From the NCBI GenBank assembly GCA_002269645.1, contig NIVC01002481.1, positions 1 to 44,362 on the forward strand: a stretch of 44,362 nucleotides of DNA, written 5' to 3'. Position numbers and translations under genes: made by a program. How positions within the stretch are numbered: the first letter of the stretch is position 1; every line of letters starts with the position of its first letter. Below the pieces are notes generated by a model, which saw nothing but the letters and a program-made list of their open reading frames with translations, made no database searches and had not been told where the DNA came from. Shown in pieces: positions 1 through 22,722 of the stretch. Origin of the DNA: Macrostomum lignano. Taxonomy: Eukaryota.

Positions 1-880
1 CTCTTCCGCCCCTTCCTCTGGCCCTCTTCCGCCCCTTCCCCTGCCCTCTTCCGCCCCTTCCTCTGGCCCTCTTCCGCCCCTTCCCTGGCCTCTTCCGCCC
101 CTTCCCTGGCCCTCTTCCGCCCCTTCCCCTGGCCCTCTTCCGCCCCTTCCTCTGGCCCTCTTCCGCCCCTTCCCCTGCCCTCTTCCGCCCCTTCCCCTGG
201 ACCTCTTCCGCCCCTTCCCCTGGCCCTTCTTTCCGCCCCTTCCTCTGGCCCTCATCCACACCCTTCCCCTGGCCCGCTTCCACCCCTTCACTTGGCCCTC
301 TTCCGCCCCTTCCCCTGGCCCGCTTCCACCCCTTCACTTGGCCCTCTTCCGCCCCTTCCCCTGGACCTCTTCGCCCTTCCTCTGGCCCTCTTCGCCCCTT
401 CCTCTGGCCCTCATCCACCTTCCCTGGCCTCTTCCGTCCCTTCTCCTGGACCTCTTCCGGCCCTTTCCTCTGGCCCGCTTCCACCCCTTCACTTGGCCCT
501 CTTCCGCCCCTTCCCCTGGCCTTGGCAACCAGGTTTGTGAGTTGTGAAGCTTTGGTTAGTGCTTTCATTCTTTAATATTGCGATGCTCTTGTACCGCCCT
601 TCCACCGCCCTTCACCGCCCTTCCACCGCCCTTCCACGCCCCTTCCACCGCCCCTTCCACCGCCCCTTCCACCGCCCTTCCACCGCCCTTCCCCTGGCCT
701 TCTTCCGCCCCTTCCTCTGGCCTCTTCCGCCCTTCCTCTGGCCTCTTCCGCCCCTTCCCTGGCCCTCTTTCCACCCCTTCCCTGGCCTTTTCCGCCCCTT
801 CCTCTGGCCCTCATCCACCTTCCCCTGGCCCTTTTTCCGCCCCTTCCTTCTGGCTCTCATCCGCCCCTTCCCCTGGCCTC
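1..880. repeat. C-rich ~22-23 bp degenerate tandem repeat (CTCTTCCGCCCCTTCCCTGGCC), probably in an intron of bestrophin A
   Basis: Unit repeats visibly from base 1 to ~880 with variants and runs off the window start. All ORFs called here are low-complexity translations of it. Confidence 0.95.
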
Positions 881-933
881 ATCCGCTTCTGGTCCGCAAG
901 TACTGTAATTCAAACGAGCACATCGATGCTCAC

Positions 934-1263
934 CTTGCGCCAGAAAGCATATCGATTCATCCAGGGAATCTCAGGAACATCGCCACCACCTGTTGATGAC
1001 GCCGCTAACAAAGAATCCCAGCAGGAAGCTGAGCGGGATATTGTTCTTCGCCGAGTTCGCAAAATGCACCACCTGCCTCAAAATTCCGCGCCCATTCTCA
1101 GACAGAAGCAGGCGGTAGGACAGAGACAGGCATAGTAAAGCGACAGGTAGAAAATGAGGTCAAGGTACACCAGCTTGTACAGGGAGCCCTTCCACATGAG
1201 CAGAAGGCGCACGAACACACCTTTCTGACCGGACGAGATCACCTTGCTGTAAGTCACTGTCAT
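934..1263 (-). pseudogene. BEST: Bestrophin paralog A, 5' coding exon with several 1-nt frameshifts (pseudogene or sequencing indels); the rest of the gene would lie left of the window
   Basis: Starts MTVTYSKVISSGQKGVFVRLLLMWKGSLYKLVYLDL (bestrophin N-terminus). Shifting frame recovers LSLSYRLLL, then IPLSFLLGFFVSGVINRWW, then EIPWMNRYAFW. Candidate donor aag|GTGAGC at 933. Symbol is family-level only. Confidence 0.8.
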
Positions 1264-1499
1264 TTGTTAGTCGATTCTCACAGTGCAGTTGAATTTTAGC
1301 TCGTAAATTGTTGATTCCAGCTTGTTTCAAAGCACCTTCATCCTGTTTTTATTAGCATTCATCTGCTTTCGGTCTGCCTCATTGGCTAACGATAATTCTG
1401 CCGTGTCTCCAATAGGCCGCATTCTTGAGGTGCGCCTCGTCTCCGACTGAGGGAAGGAAGTCATTTGTACGGAGAGAAACTAATCGAGGGGGACGGGGA

Positions 1500-1680
1500 C
1501 AGATGCGGAGAGGGGATAGAGAGGGTGTAGATTGGAAATAGGGAGGGTGTATATTGGATATAGGAGGGTGTAAATGGGATAGAGGAGGGTGTAGATTGGA
1601 GCGACTGAGGATCTGGGAGGTAGAGAAGGTTGTAATTGGGATAGAGGAGGGTGTAGATGGGATAGAAGAGGGTGAATAGA
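1500..1680. repeat. G-rich degenerate ~22 bp tandem repeat (GGGATAGAGGAGGGTGTAGATT-like)
   Basis: About 7-8 degenerate GGGTGTA(G/T)ATTGG units in the spacer between bestrophin A and the lipase. Confidence 0.75.
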
Positions 1681-2235
1681 GCACACTAAGAGGCTGCGTA
1701 ATAAGCAGAAAAGTTTGGCAAAGGGCCATGGCTAGCCCTGAGCACATAACTCAATACAGTTGAATCAATATTGTCCCACAGATACAACCGCATTGCAGCA
1801 CCATTGAAAAGCCAGGGAAATTCTTTCTCGGAGGCATAAGAAAAGATTTTCTAGACTCACGTGCGACAATCACTGCGTGGGACCCGGTGCAGTTTTGCAA
1901 TCTATTCAACAATCAATATGTCCACATAATTAATTGTTGCGATAATGCGAAATTGCTCAATTTAATCCCAACTTGTTCACCTGCAAATCGCACCATAGAA
2001 ACACGGGAGAAGGAAGTTAGCACTATTTTTTATTTTAATTTATTGTCCCAATCTGACTGTCTGCTTTACCAGTCTGGGAACAGATACAGGTGGCACGCAC
2101 TGTGCCAGCCTGATAAAGCTCTCTTCAAATAGTGCCACTTCTCCGGCGAGACCATTGTTCGCGCTAAACGTATTGAGTTACCTTTAAGTTTAGTTAGGCT
2201 ACTTTATTTCAAGGTGCGATTTCACCTATTTCAGC

Positions 2236-6466
<4,231 letters not shown>

Positions 6467-6683
6467 AAACAATGTGCACACTAATTAGAGAGCTGAGCTC
6501 GCGCACTGACTCCGAACACCGCGCGATGTCGCTTTTCTCTTTTTCTTGTGTATTTTGCGTTTTGTGTACAACAACTATAAATATATGCAAATATCAGCTA
6601 TTAGGCTTCTACAAGAAAGCCACTACTTACAGGCTAGCAAACCAGTGAGCACATGAACGTGTGAACGTGTAAATTTATTAATG

Positions 6684-6689
6684 AATAAA
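6684..6689 (+). promoter_or_regulatory. Candidate polyadenylation signal (AATAAA) of the lipase
   Basis: AATAAA about 220 nt downstream of the stop at 6466. Confidence 0.4.
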
Positions 6690-7756
6690 CCCACGAACGT
6701 GTGAACACGTGTGAACCTGAGTTAGTGAACCGAGATATCGTGAACCATTGAAACTGTGAACCTTGCTTGCTTGAAATTCTTAAGCCTCATAATTAAGCGC
6801 ACTAACCAGCCGAGTCAAGAACTCAATTGAAAATGGCTGTCTAAACTTAAAGAAAACAAACCCCGCGGTTACTGGCCTGACCTGGTCGTGCGCCACCCCG
6901 CCATGGACAGACGGAGTACGCGTGGACGGAATACCTCAGTGTCAGGGGTTGGTGCTTGAGGACTGCTGCGTCGCGGCCGCAGCCACACTCTACTCCTGGC
7001 ATTGTCCTGGCATTGCAACCCTAATGCACTCCTCTCCAGAAATTCACTGCATTGGCTATTAGAAGCATTTTAGAAACGCAGCAGTTTGAAAGAAACCACC
7101 CCAGTCATGCTCAACTTCTGTGGCACTAGCTGTGAATTTTAAGTTGGCAGCTGTTTACATGCAGATACAGAAGCAGAAAACACCCGTACTACAGGTGAGT
7201 AGTACTTGTACAATGCGGCCCGTTCCTCTGGTATCGAAAACTAGTAAGACTTATATTAACCCTCGAATAATCTCATGGGAATTTAGTAATAAAGGTGGGT
7301 TACTCCAAAGCAAATTAGATGAACGTCTCAGAGCAGCTCGCAACATAGCTTGAGTGGGGAGACCCCCGCTATAATAAGCTGAGCTTCCATTGGCCCAAGC
7401 AGTTGTGCACGGGGGGTATTGCAAAACTCGACGCTGCGTTAGTCAGGGAATGAAATTGGAGAGCGAGTACACTCAGCCTGGAGTTCGAGAGTCTTCTTCT
7501 ACGACTGGTTGGGTGTCCTAATAAAGCTGGGGCGTGTTGGACTGAGAGAGATTGTGTGCTCAAGCGGGTCGCATTGCAGCGAGAAAGCGGTAGAAGAGAG
7601 AAATAGTGAGTGAACGAAGAGCCGAGCCGAGCCGAGCCCTAAGACTTCCGTCCAACAAAAGCAGCTGGGACTCGCTCGGGGCTGCCTCTCTAAAAGAATT
7701 ATTGCCCCAAGCAGAGGCCGGAAGAGAAAGCGCCCCACCTGCCCGACTTCGCAGAG

Positions 7757-14696
<6,940 letters not shown>

Positions 14697-15899
14697 AGCA
14701 GCGACAACCGAAAAACCTGACGGTTGAAATGCATTGCAGAGGATGGGGCAAAATTTTGATTTGTGCCGCATCCGAGCTGCGTCTCTTCCACTGACTTCAT
14801 TGCATGTAGGACGCGCGATTCTAATGCTGTTTCTAACATATTGTTCCATTTAGTAAAGCTTACACAAATTATAGTTTATGCATTGTTATCGCTTAATCCT
14901 CGCTTCCACTACAAGACGCGCTACTAAGCATGACGGTGCAACTCTTGATTCTCAAAATTCTGCATAAACTCTCAGAAACTTTGCTTGCACTGCCCGACTT
15001 CCAACTAGCAGATGAAGTTTGTACGCCTTCAATCAGAGGCTGGTTTGAGGCTGTACGGAAAGAACTGAAAAGTCTTGCTGCCTGACCTTTGCTCGATAGT
15101 TTGTGCCCTTCGATCCAACGGATCCCGTTTAATGTCTGGTTTTTACATAGATCGCTCTGTGCTGCTGTGTACACTACTATTATTATTGCAGTAAGCGTCT
15201 CAAAAATGTACTTTTCGGCATGTGATCATGCCCAGCTATACAGCTAGCTTAGTGTGAAGTTTAAAACAGTTTAAAAAATTTAGTGTAATGGCTGTTTGCG
15301 GGTGCACGCGAGAAATAAACTAAACATCCGATACTGCCTACTCATATCTTAAATTTTAAAAATTAAAGAAATATACAAATATTTATTCAAATCCTACAAT
15401 GTGTTCAGGTTGTAAGAATGTAAGTTGAAGTGAATTTCATTGCCGAAAGCTCATCATACTACTTGGCTCTTTTTTCTGTCTGCACGTGCCGCTCAGACAA
15501 TATTATTGTTACCAAGATGATTCAAATATGGAAATTCAGCGTTTCAAAACGAAATTTGTTTAAAAATGCACTGCATGAGGAAGCATACACAAAGACTGCA
15601 TGCACAGACAAAATATACAGACCGCATAATAAATAGCTACACAATTTGTCAATGTGTAAACTAAGAAATAGTTAAGGTGTGTCCCAGCCTATGAGAGAAC
15701 ACATGAGCGTATTACCTTCTATTAGAGGCAGGGGGGTTGTGTGCACCCTGGCGCAATTTAAGCGTCATTGGCACACAACCGGCGAGAGGCATTACTGCCC
15801 ATTCCGCCGACTCCCCTGAGCAGGCATACAAGCGCGCGGATACGTTACGCAGGCACACACTCACACAGGAGTGTACAGCGGCCCTAACTTTATTTATCG

Positions 15900-16069
15900 T
15901 TAGGCATGTACACTGCACTGCGCCTTGGGGGGTTGGCTCTCAAGGCCGTTAATTGCACAAGCGAGCCAAGCCGAAATTCCAATTCAGCCCCAAATTAATG
16001 TGGCTGCACTTGGAATCGAGCCTGGGTCACGGCACACCAGAGCAGCTGCGCTACCGCTGGGCTACGGCC
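15900..16069 (-). mobile_element. tRNA-derived SINE-like copy 2
   Basis: Minus strand GGCCG-TAGCCCAGCGG (A box, 16064-16054), 31 nt, GGCTCGATTCC (B box, 16022-16012), then GCCACATTAATTTGGGGCT (16004-15986). Anticodon and T stems do not pair, so it is not a tRNA gene. The 3' end is approximate. Confidence 0.65.
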
Positions 16070-18184
16070 CCCCTCGTATTACCTTCATTAACCAATAACG
16101 TTTTGTACACATGTCAGCTACTTTAGATTAATATGTATCTTTTCTTATCCATATGTATTGTTGTACATGTAGATCATGTACGAAAAGCTGTTTTCAATTT
16201 CAATGTAGGAATCTTTTGTATGTAATAATGCATAGTAGCCATTATATTTGTTCCGGTATTTTTATTGTCGTTGCTTTCTTCATTGTTGTTGTTGTTTTAA
16301 AATCTGGCACCAAATTGACGCTAATTATCGAATGAATACGAGCTAACTACAAGCATCAGACAAATACAATCATTTGCATTGAGAACAATTCTTGCCACCA
16401 ATCAGTTCTGCTCGCGAGGCGTGACCGGATGCGCGAGCTGTCGCCCAGGTCCGGCTCTGGGCTAATAAATTTTTCCTGTCAGCCCGAGGCGGATTACGAG
16501 GCCCGGCTGAGGACAGTCTGACCCAGAATTCTGAATCTAGAAATCTGAAGAGTGAACTGTCAGGCCTCAGTTCTTATTTCAACGAAATCCACTTACACGA
16601 AGAGGAATTCAGCTTTTCTCAACAAAAATATAATTAATTTTTTTCCCTGTTTTTTTAAACTCCAATCCTCGGGAGTCACATGATTTTAAGCACGAATTGA
16701 AAAAAAATTAGCTCGGCTTTCTGAGTCCAGTCTGAAGTAAGAAAATTGCTCCATAGAGAACTCGAGGATCTAGTACTCCTGGGTTCTTAGCAGCAAGGCA
16801 TCTTACCGTTTCGACCATAGAATTGTGGTTAAATTGATAGAAAGACCATTGAATGGTCATTGCGTGACTTCATGCTCATGGGTTGTAAAAACTAGTACAA
16901 CTACATGGTGCACGTAGGAGTTCGTACATGTAAGCATCTCCTATCTCTGTCATGCTTTCAATTATTTATCACTAATAGCTCCTTTGGAATTCACAGAAGT
17001 CTCAATTTTGAGCACAAACTGACTAGCAGTACTGAGAATTGTCAAATTCATATTTAGCTTCATTGCATCAAGTTAAAATGAAAATCTGAACTTTTTCAAG
17101 ACTTATTTTCCACCCAGTTTGTTAGCTAAACAAAAACTGACCTACATTTGACTTTAATTATTTATTTGTGACGAATAAATGTATAACTACGCACGTATTT
17201 GCAATACAGACGGGTTGGCATGTCAGCGTGAAAAGTTTTTAACAGAGTAACGGTTTGTCCCTGGCCACGGCGCACCCGGCCTGGTGGGGGCTGATGCAGG
17301 AGAGTCAGATTTCTTTCTGATCGCCTCAGGCAATGGCTTAGACCAGGGAATACTCCTGGCTTAGACCAACTTCTGGCGTCTCTGGTTGGAACGCGAGCCC
17401 GCCTCATCAGGTCTCTGGACGACAGGACTGAGACCTGAGACAGGACTGAGACAGGACTGCACAGCCGCAGCAGGGACGTCTAGAGTGTGTCCATCGATTG
17501 CTCTCTCGTGCTGGTCATGGATAGAAATTGCCAATAAGTACGAAGTTACATCAAATTAATACCATTCAACAATAACAAACAGAGAAAGAAGCATTGAATA
17601 ACCGAAATTTCCGAACTTGCACTTGAAGTCCGACTATAACATAAATTTCAGATGTGTAAAACTATTGAAAGTGTTTTTGCTTTTGCTGAGAATAATTTTG
17701 CTGGAAAAAAACTGACATGACGAAAAACAACTTCAATTTGTGAAAGAGTCGTCACAGTTTTACCTGCTAATGAGCTTGGCATGCACCAGGCATTAGAGAG
17801 ACAAATACGATTGGTATTGTCAGGCTACTAAAACGGACACAACACAAAACATTGACGAAAATTCAGCCAAAAGAAATACAAACACTCTGAAGAGACACTC
17901 TCACCCAATGCAAGCAACGATAATATTTTTAACATTGTCTAAAAGTCAACACTACACTAGAGGGGATTTCACGACAGAGAAGCATAAATATTTAAAGAGT
18001 TTAAAGCGTCGCGATTCTCCCGCTATCACGATGACAATCCGTACTCAAACACTACAACTGCTATCTACTGAATAGTAAGGTACAACAGCTATCGTAAATT
18101 TATTCCGCATTTATCTTTCCCTATAAGTTTTCTAATGCGACACTGCATTCTTCGACCGACAATGCGCCACAGAGGCCAGCTCAA

Positions 18185-19388
18185 CTATCTCCTCGTCTTC
18201 GCCAGACACGGTGGCGCCCGTGGTTGCGGCAGCTGTCGGGCGCCAAAGAACTCGCCGCGTTGTCTAGGGCTCGAGGCCGCCACCGAAGAGTATAAATGGT
18301 GGTTAGTCGAGGCGCCGCGGACTCCTCTGCCACCGCCTCTAGCTCTGAAGCAGCAGTAGCAGCACTGCCTCAGTGAGCAGAGCAGGGCGGCACGGAAGTT
18401 GCTACTGAGAGTCACAAAGACCAAGAAGTTGAAGTTGCTGTCCAGACTGATCAGCATGTCGCTGAGCATGTAAAAGACGCTGATCTGCGATTTGCTAAGG
18501 TTTTTCATCAGGCTGACAACGGCGCCAGGAGCTTCAAAGGCTGTGAATGACAGCGACAGGCAGAGTACGATGCAGGTGGCACGAGCCGACTGTCGCTGGA
18601 AGCTGCGCCGTCCAGCCGCAGTGACCATGTTCAGCTGTCGAGCGCGACGCCTGTACAGCAACAGGTAGGTGGCCAGGACTAGCGAAGTGGCCAGGATGCC
18701 GAACACGGGTATGTAGGACTGCGTGATGCGGATGAGAGGCAGCATGTAGTTGATCTGCACTCGCTCACGATCGGCCTCGGGCACAGCGTAGCTGCAGGCC
18801 AGAGAGAACAGGCCGCAGCCGACTGACAGAGCCAGCAGGAGGCCGAACACGACTAGCTGAAAGCGGACGGTCAGGAAAGTGCGGAAAGCCAACGGCCGGA
18901 TGGTGGCCGCGGAACGGAAGCAGGACACGCACAGGGTCCACAGGTTCTTCAGGATCAGAGCGGCGCAGGTCAGCGAGTAGAAGACCTAGGTGTTTTAAAA
19001 AGTACAAAAAAATCTGGTTCCTCCTCGTGATGTAGGGCAACAGGAATCTTCATCTTACCGTGAAAGAGTGCAGCAGTGCCGGATGGTCGCTCAGTTCGGT
19101 GAGGCAGATCAACAGGTCCATGGCTACAAAGATGGTGGCGATGCCGCAGTAAATGACTTGCAGCCACTGCAACAGCAGCAGGCCGAACTCGAACGCATCT
19201 CGAGTCAGCTGGTACTTCTTGTGGAACACGCCGACAGCAGTGGAGCACAATGCGGTGCCCAACAGATTCAGAAGCAAAGTGAATGGTCTGACTACAAGAA
19301 ACTCCACTGAGGGCTCGTCTGCAGTTGCATTGTTTGCTAACTCCGCCATTGGTGGCTCAATAGTACTGGTGGCCGTATTTGTGCTCAT
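18185..19388 (-). CDS. Orphan rhodopsin-like (class A) 7TM receptor, 2 exons, ~376 aa
   Basis: Exon 1 19388-19059 (donor ACG|GTAAG) and exon 2 18985-18185 (CTAG|GTC) join in phase 0. Seven hydrophobic segments; N-terminal NAT sequon; TM3 end SCFRSAATIRPL; TM6 ATCIVLCLSLSFTAFEAP; TM7 LDSNFNFLVF followed by SSNFR and a Cys cluster. Confidence 0.85.
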
Positions 19389-22300
19389 TGTATTGTTCGC
19401 TGTCTGCTATTGTTTTTGTCAAGCCTTGAAGCTTTGAAATGCACGGAGAGCATTTCCTTGTCCGGCTCAGGCTGTCGCTGCTTTTCAATTCAGCAGAGAA
19501 TCGAGCGCCTTCACTCTTTTTGTTCGCGCCTCGCTGCCAGATCCAGGGATTTTGGGGGATTTACGATCTCGTGCTCCGCGCTAAACAGCGACGTGGCCAA
19601 AGCCTCTGGACAGGCGCCCAGCTGGAAGAGCCGGGATAGAGTGGAAAGCAGAAGAAACCGTCGCAAGCAGTGGCCTATATCCAATATTAGTAGGCAGGGC
19701 AGCAGCGAAACCGGCTTGAGCAGCAGCGCCCCTCTGAATTCTTGTGCAGACAAAAAGCTTAGCCCAGACTAGGTCGCCTCTAGCGCTTTAGGGTACTCAA
19801 AATCTGTCCGGCTCATGAGGAGCTTATGGGTCACTGCAAATTAAGAATGGCAGTGGCACAGATAGAGGAATCTGTCTGTGGCTGCACATTGGACCATTGG
19901 ACTGATAGGCTGGATTGCCGGCATCAGTCTTGGCTGAGCAGCTCGGACAGCGAGAAAGGCCGTGACCAGGGCTGCGGGATTTGCAGGAAAATATCGCAAT
20001 TCTGGAAATTTATTTATTTTGGAATGGATACGACCCTGCATTGAGAAGTGGTTACGATAGGCCTGTATCTGGAACTGTTGCTTAACTGATAAAGCAAAAC
20101 GACGCGCATTCCCTGCTACTAAGCATCAGTAGCCTTGTTGGATAATTAAGTGCAATTTTTATGCAAAATGTGCATTTAACATTTACCAAACCAGCCTGTA
20201 AATCAAGGAAGCTCCAATGCGACATCAAAGTTATTTTTCGATTTTGAACTTCAGAACGTCTTCACTCTCTCCCGAAAGGTTAAATCATAACCTTTGCGGT
20301 GCTTAGAGGCCCGGTGCTAGGTAACTACCCTCTTACACGCTTTTAATAGCCTCTCAAGGTACGAGCGTAGACATTAGTACGAAAAGAATACATGAAGTGC
20401 AAACTGATACTTTATCTGACTTTTTAAAGTAAATAATCAATTTTACACACTTGTTCTACATTCCTTGCTCAGGGAGATTGTACCGGGAAGCATGCACTAG
20501 GTTTAGTACACAGCCAATAAAGCATGAAATACTTTCCTAAATTTTATTGTTAGCATCAAGCATTAATTTGCATATAAATTTACAAAATAAAATCAAGAAT
20601 GTGCAATCTCAAAAGGTTTAAATGTTGAACAGAATTCCTAGCCAAATTAGCATGAAAGCAATTTCCTCAGGCCGCTGTGTTTCCCAAACGATCTTCTCAT
20701 CTGTTTCTTGGAAAACCGGCCCAGCTCATCCATTTTTTCTTGACTTTGAGTGGCCCTCGCAAGAATAAAAACGAAGAATTCAGTAATAGCCTCTTGAGAG
20801 AAGCGGCTCGTTTAGACAGCCAGGCAAAATAGGGATCTGCCTCGCCAATGGATGATATATGTTTGCACCAGTTCAGTGCCTGCAGCATAAGTTAACGTCT
20901 GCTGGCTCCAGAAGGCTGCTGGTCTCGATCTGCCCATGAAAAAATGTAGCAAGTGCATCCGGCAAGAAATAATATATCGGAAAAGTTGGAACTGGGATAC
21001 GAATCCAGGAGGACGGTGTCAAGTTTTCTACCCGCCCCGGGGCCTGGGTCGAGACAGTGTTCGAACTTTTTTGAAATATGAGAATCTACTCACTATATAG
21101 TAATGCATATGGCGAGGCAACTACATACATCTGTTTCGTCTGCTGCAGATTAGGCCTGCACTTTTTCGCAGCAATTATATCCAACGTCACCTGCTCAGGA
21201 GCTGTCATGGAGTCATTTGATCCTGGCCTAGTACCAAAAATCAAACTTCATAAATAGCTCAGACCCAGAGATGTTTTCGTAGGATTTGACCGACAATCGC
21301 TGTCAGAAAATTCGTATTCTGTACCGTCGTGCCACCCTAAATAGCAGATGCGGCCACAATGCGTCCAGCGCCTGAGCAGTTTTTCAACAAAAATAGAACA
21401 GAAAAATGTCAAATGCAATATTTCAGCCTTTAATTTACTAATTTATAATTAACTCGAAAATAATTTTGATGTTAATCAGAGCAAGTAGTTCGTACAAGCA
21501 CTTTCTAAACTGGGTTGAGCGTCTGTGAAGTCTCAGAAAAGCATGCATGTCGGTTGGCTGGCTGCATTCCGCTACTTTTCATCACCTAATTTTTCGACGC
21601 ATGGCCATTCAAGCCGAAAAATCAGTGTGTTGGAGAGCGAAAATCAACTAGAGCGGAGGAGCTGGGGAGCCGCTATAGTCAGAAACTCAATCTCTATCAC
21701 TTCTACTCTCCTTGTGCGGTCAATAGTTGACTAGATAGCCTTAAGTGGAAAAAGACGAAAGAGGAGCCACGAGGAGAGTGATAAGCTCTCTGAGGCCCAG
21801 AAAGGGCTGTGGAGACAACAGCAAGTGCGACAGATCGATGCCTATTGATTGATTCGTTGGGCTCTCTTTTCTTTTCTCCCTAGCTAGTAGTTTTGCCCAG
21901 GGGCTCGTACAGGCATTGCTTCACAATTCGTTTCGGGGCGAGAAAGCATTGGATAGAGAGATTGGAGGGGATTGCGAAGAAAACTTTTCATGGAATCTGT
22001 CTGCTGCGCCGCTAGAAGAAAATTGGTTTGCGCCAACTTCAATTGTCGACTGACAAGGTGTGTGCATGCATGTGTGTTGTTTGCCGCTGCGCCCAGTTGG
22101 AGGCGCTTGGGCCTGAAAGGCGAACGCTAGACTAACTGTCAACCATTTACACAGCACCAGTGCTGTCCTAATAGATCGAGCCAGGGTCTGGAAGCTGGAA
22201 GGCAGTGACCGAGGAACGAAATCGAAATTAGCTTTCCCAACCCCCTCAGGCATTGACACTATAGCGCCTAGGGCAGGGCGAGTGGCGACGCCACGTAGGC

Positions 22301-22722
22301 CCCTCGCCGCATCATAAGATCGGATGCAGCTCCCTATGGGTCCAGGATTCGGGTTTCTGCAGCAACCCCTCGATTAATATTCCTTCCTCCCCTTGTCCCA
22401 GAGCTCACTCGGCTCCCTCTGGTCCGGGTAGAAGGACATCCTGGCAGTAGCCAATCAGGATTGGACTGGCAAGGCATTGGCTGGGGCGCGTGGTAGCAGA
22501 TTAGATGCAGCGAACTTTGTGCTTGCACTGCTCTTTCCACTTGAAGCCGCGTCCAGTGGGAGCTCGACACTGAACCCTACACTGATTACCTATAAGTGGT
22601 TTTTCATCCATCGTCTAGCAGAAATTATTTCCTCCCTCTTAGACAGCGCCTCGACTTGGCTTCACCATTATTGCATTATTACTCTTACAGCAAAGTGTGC
22701 GACAGAAAAGACTCAAAACAAA

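Noticed and set aside
16000-16073. tRNA gene on the minus strand
   Set aside because: A and B boxes are present but the anticodon and T stems do not base-pair; treated as a SINE head.
22477-22722. 82-aa N-terminal extension of APN in the ORF track
   Set aside because: It starts at a non-ATG codon. The ATG at 22723 gives the normal short tail plus anchor, and an acceptor AG lies at 22690.
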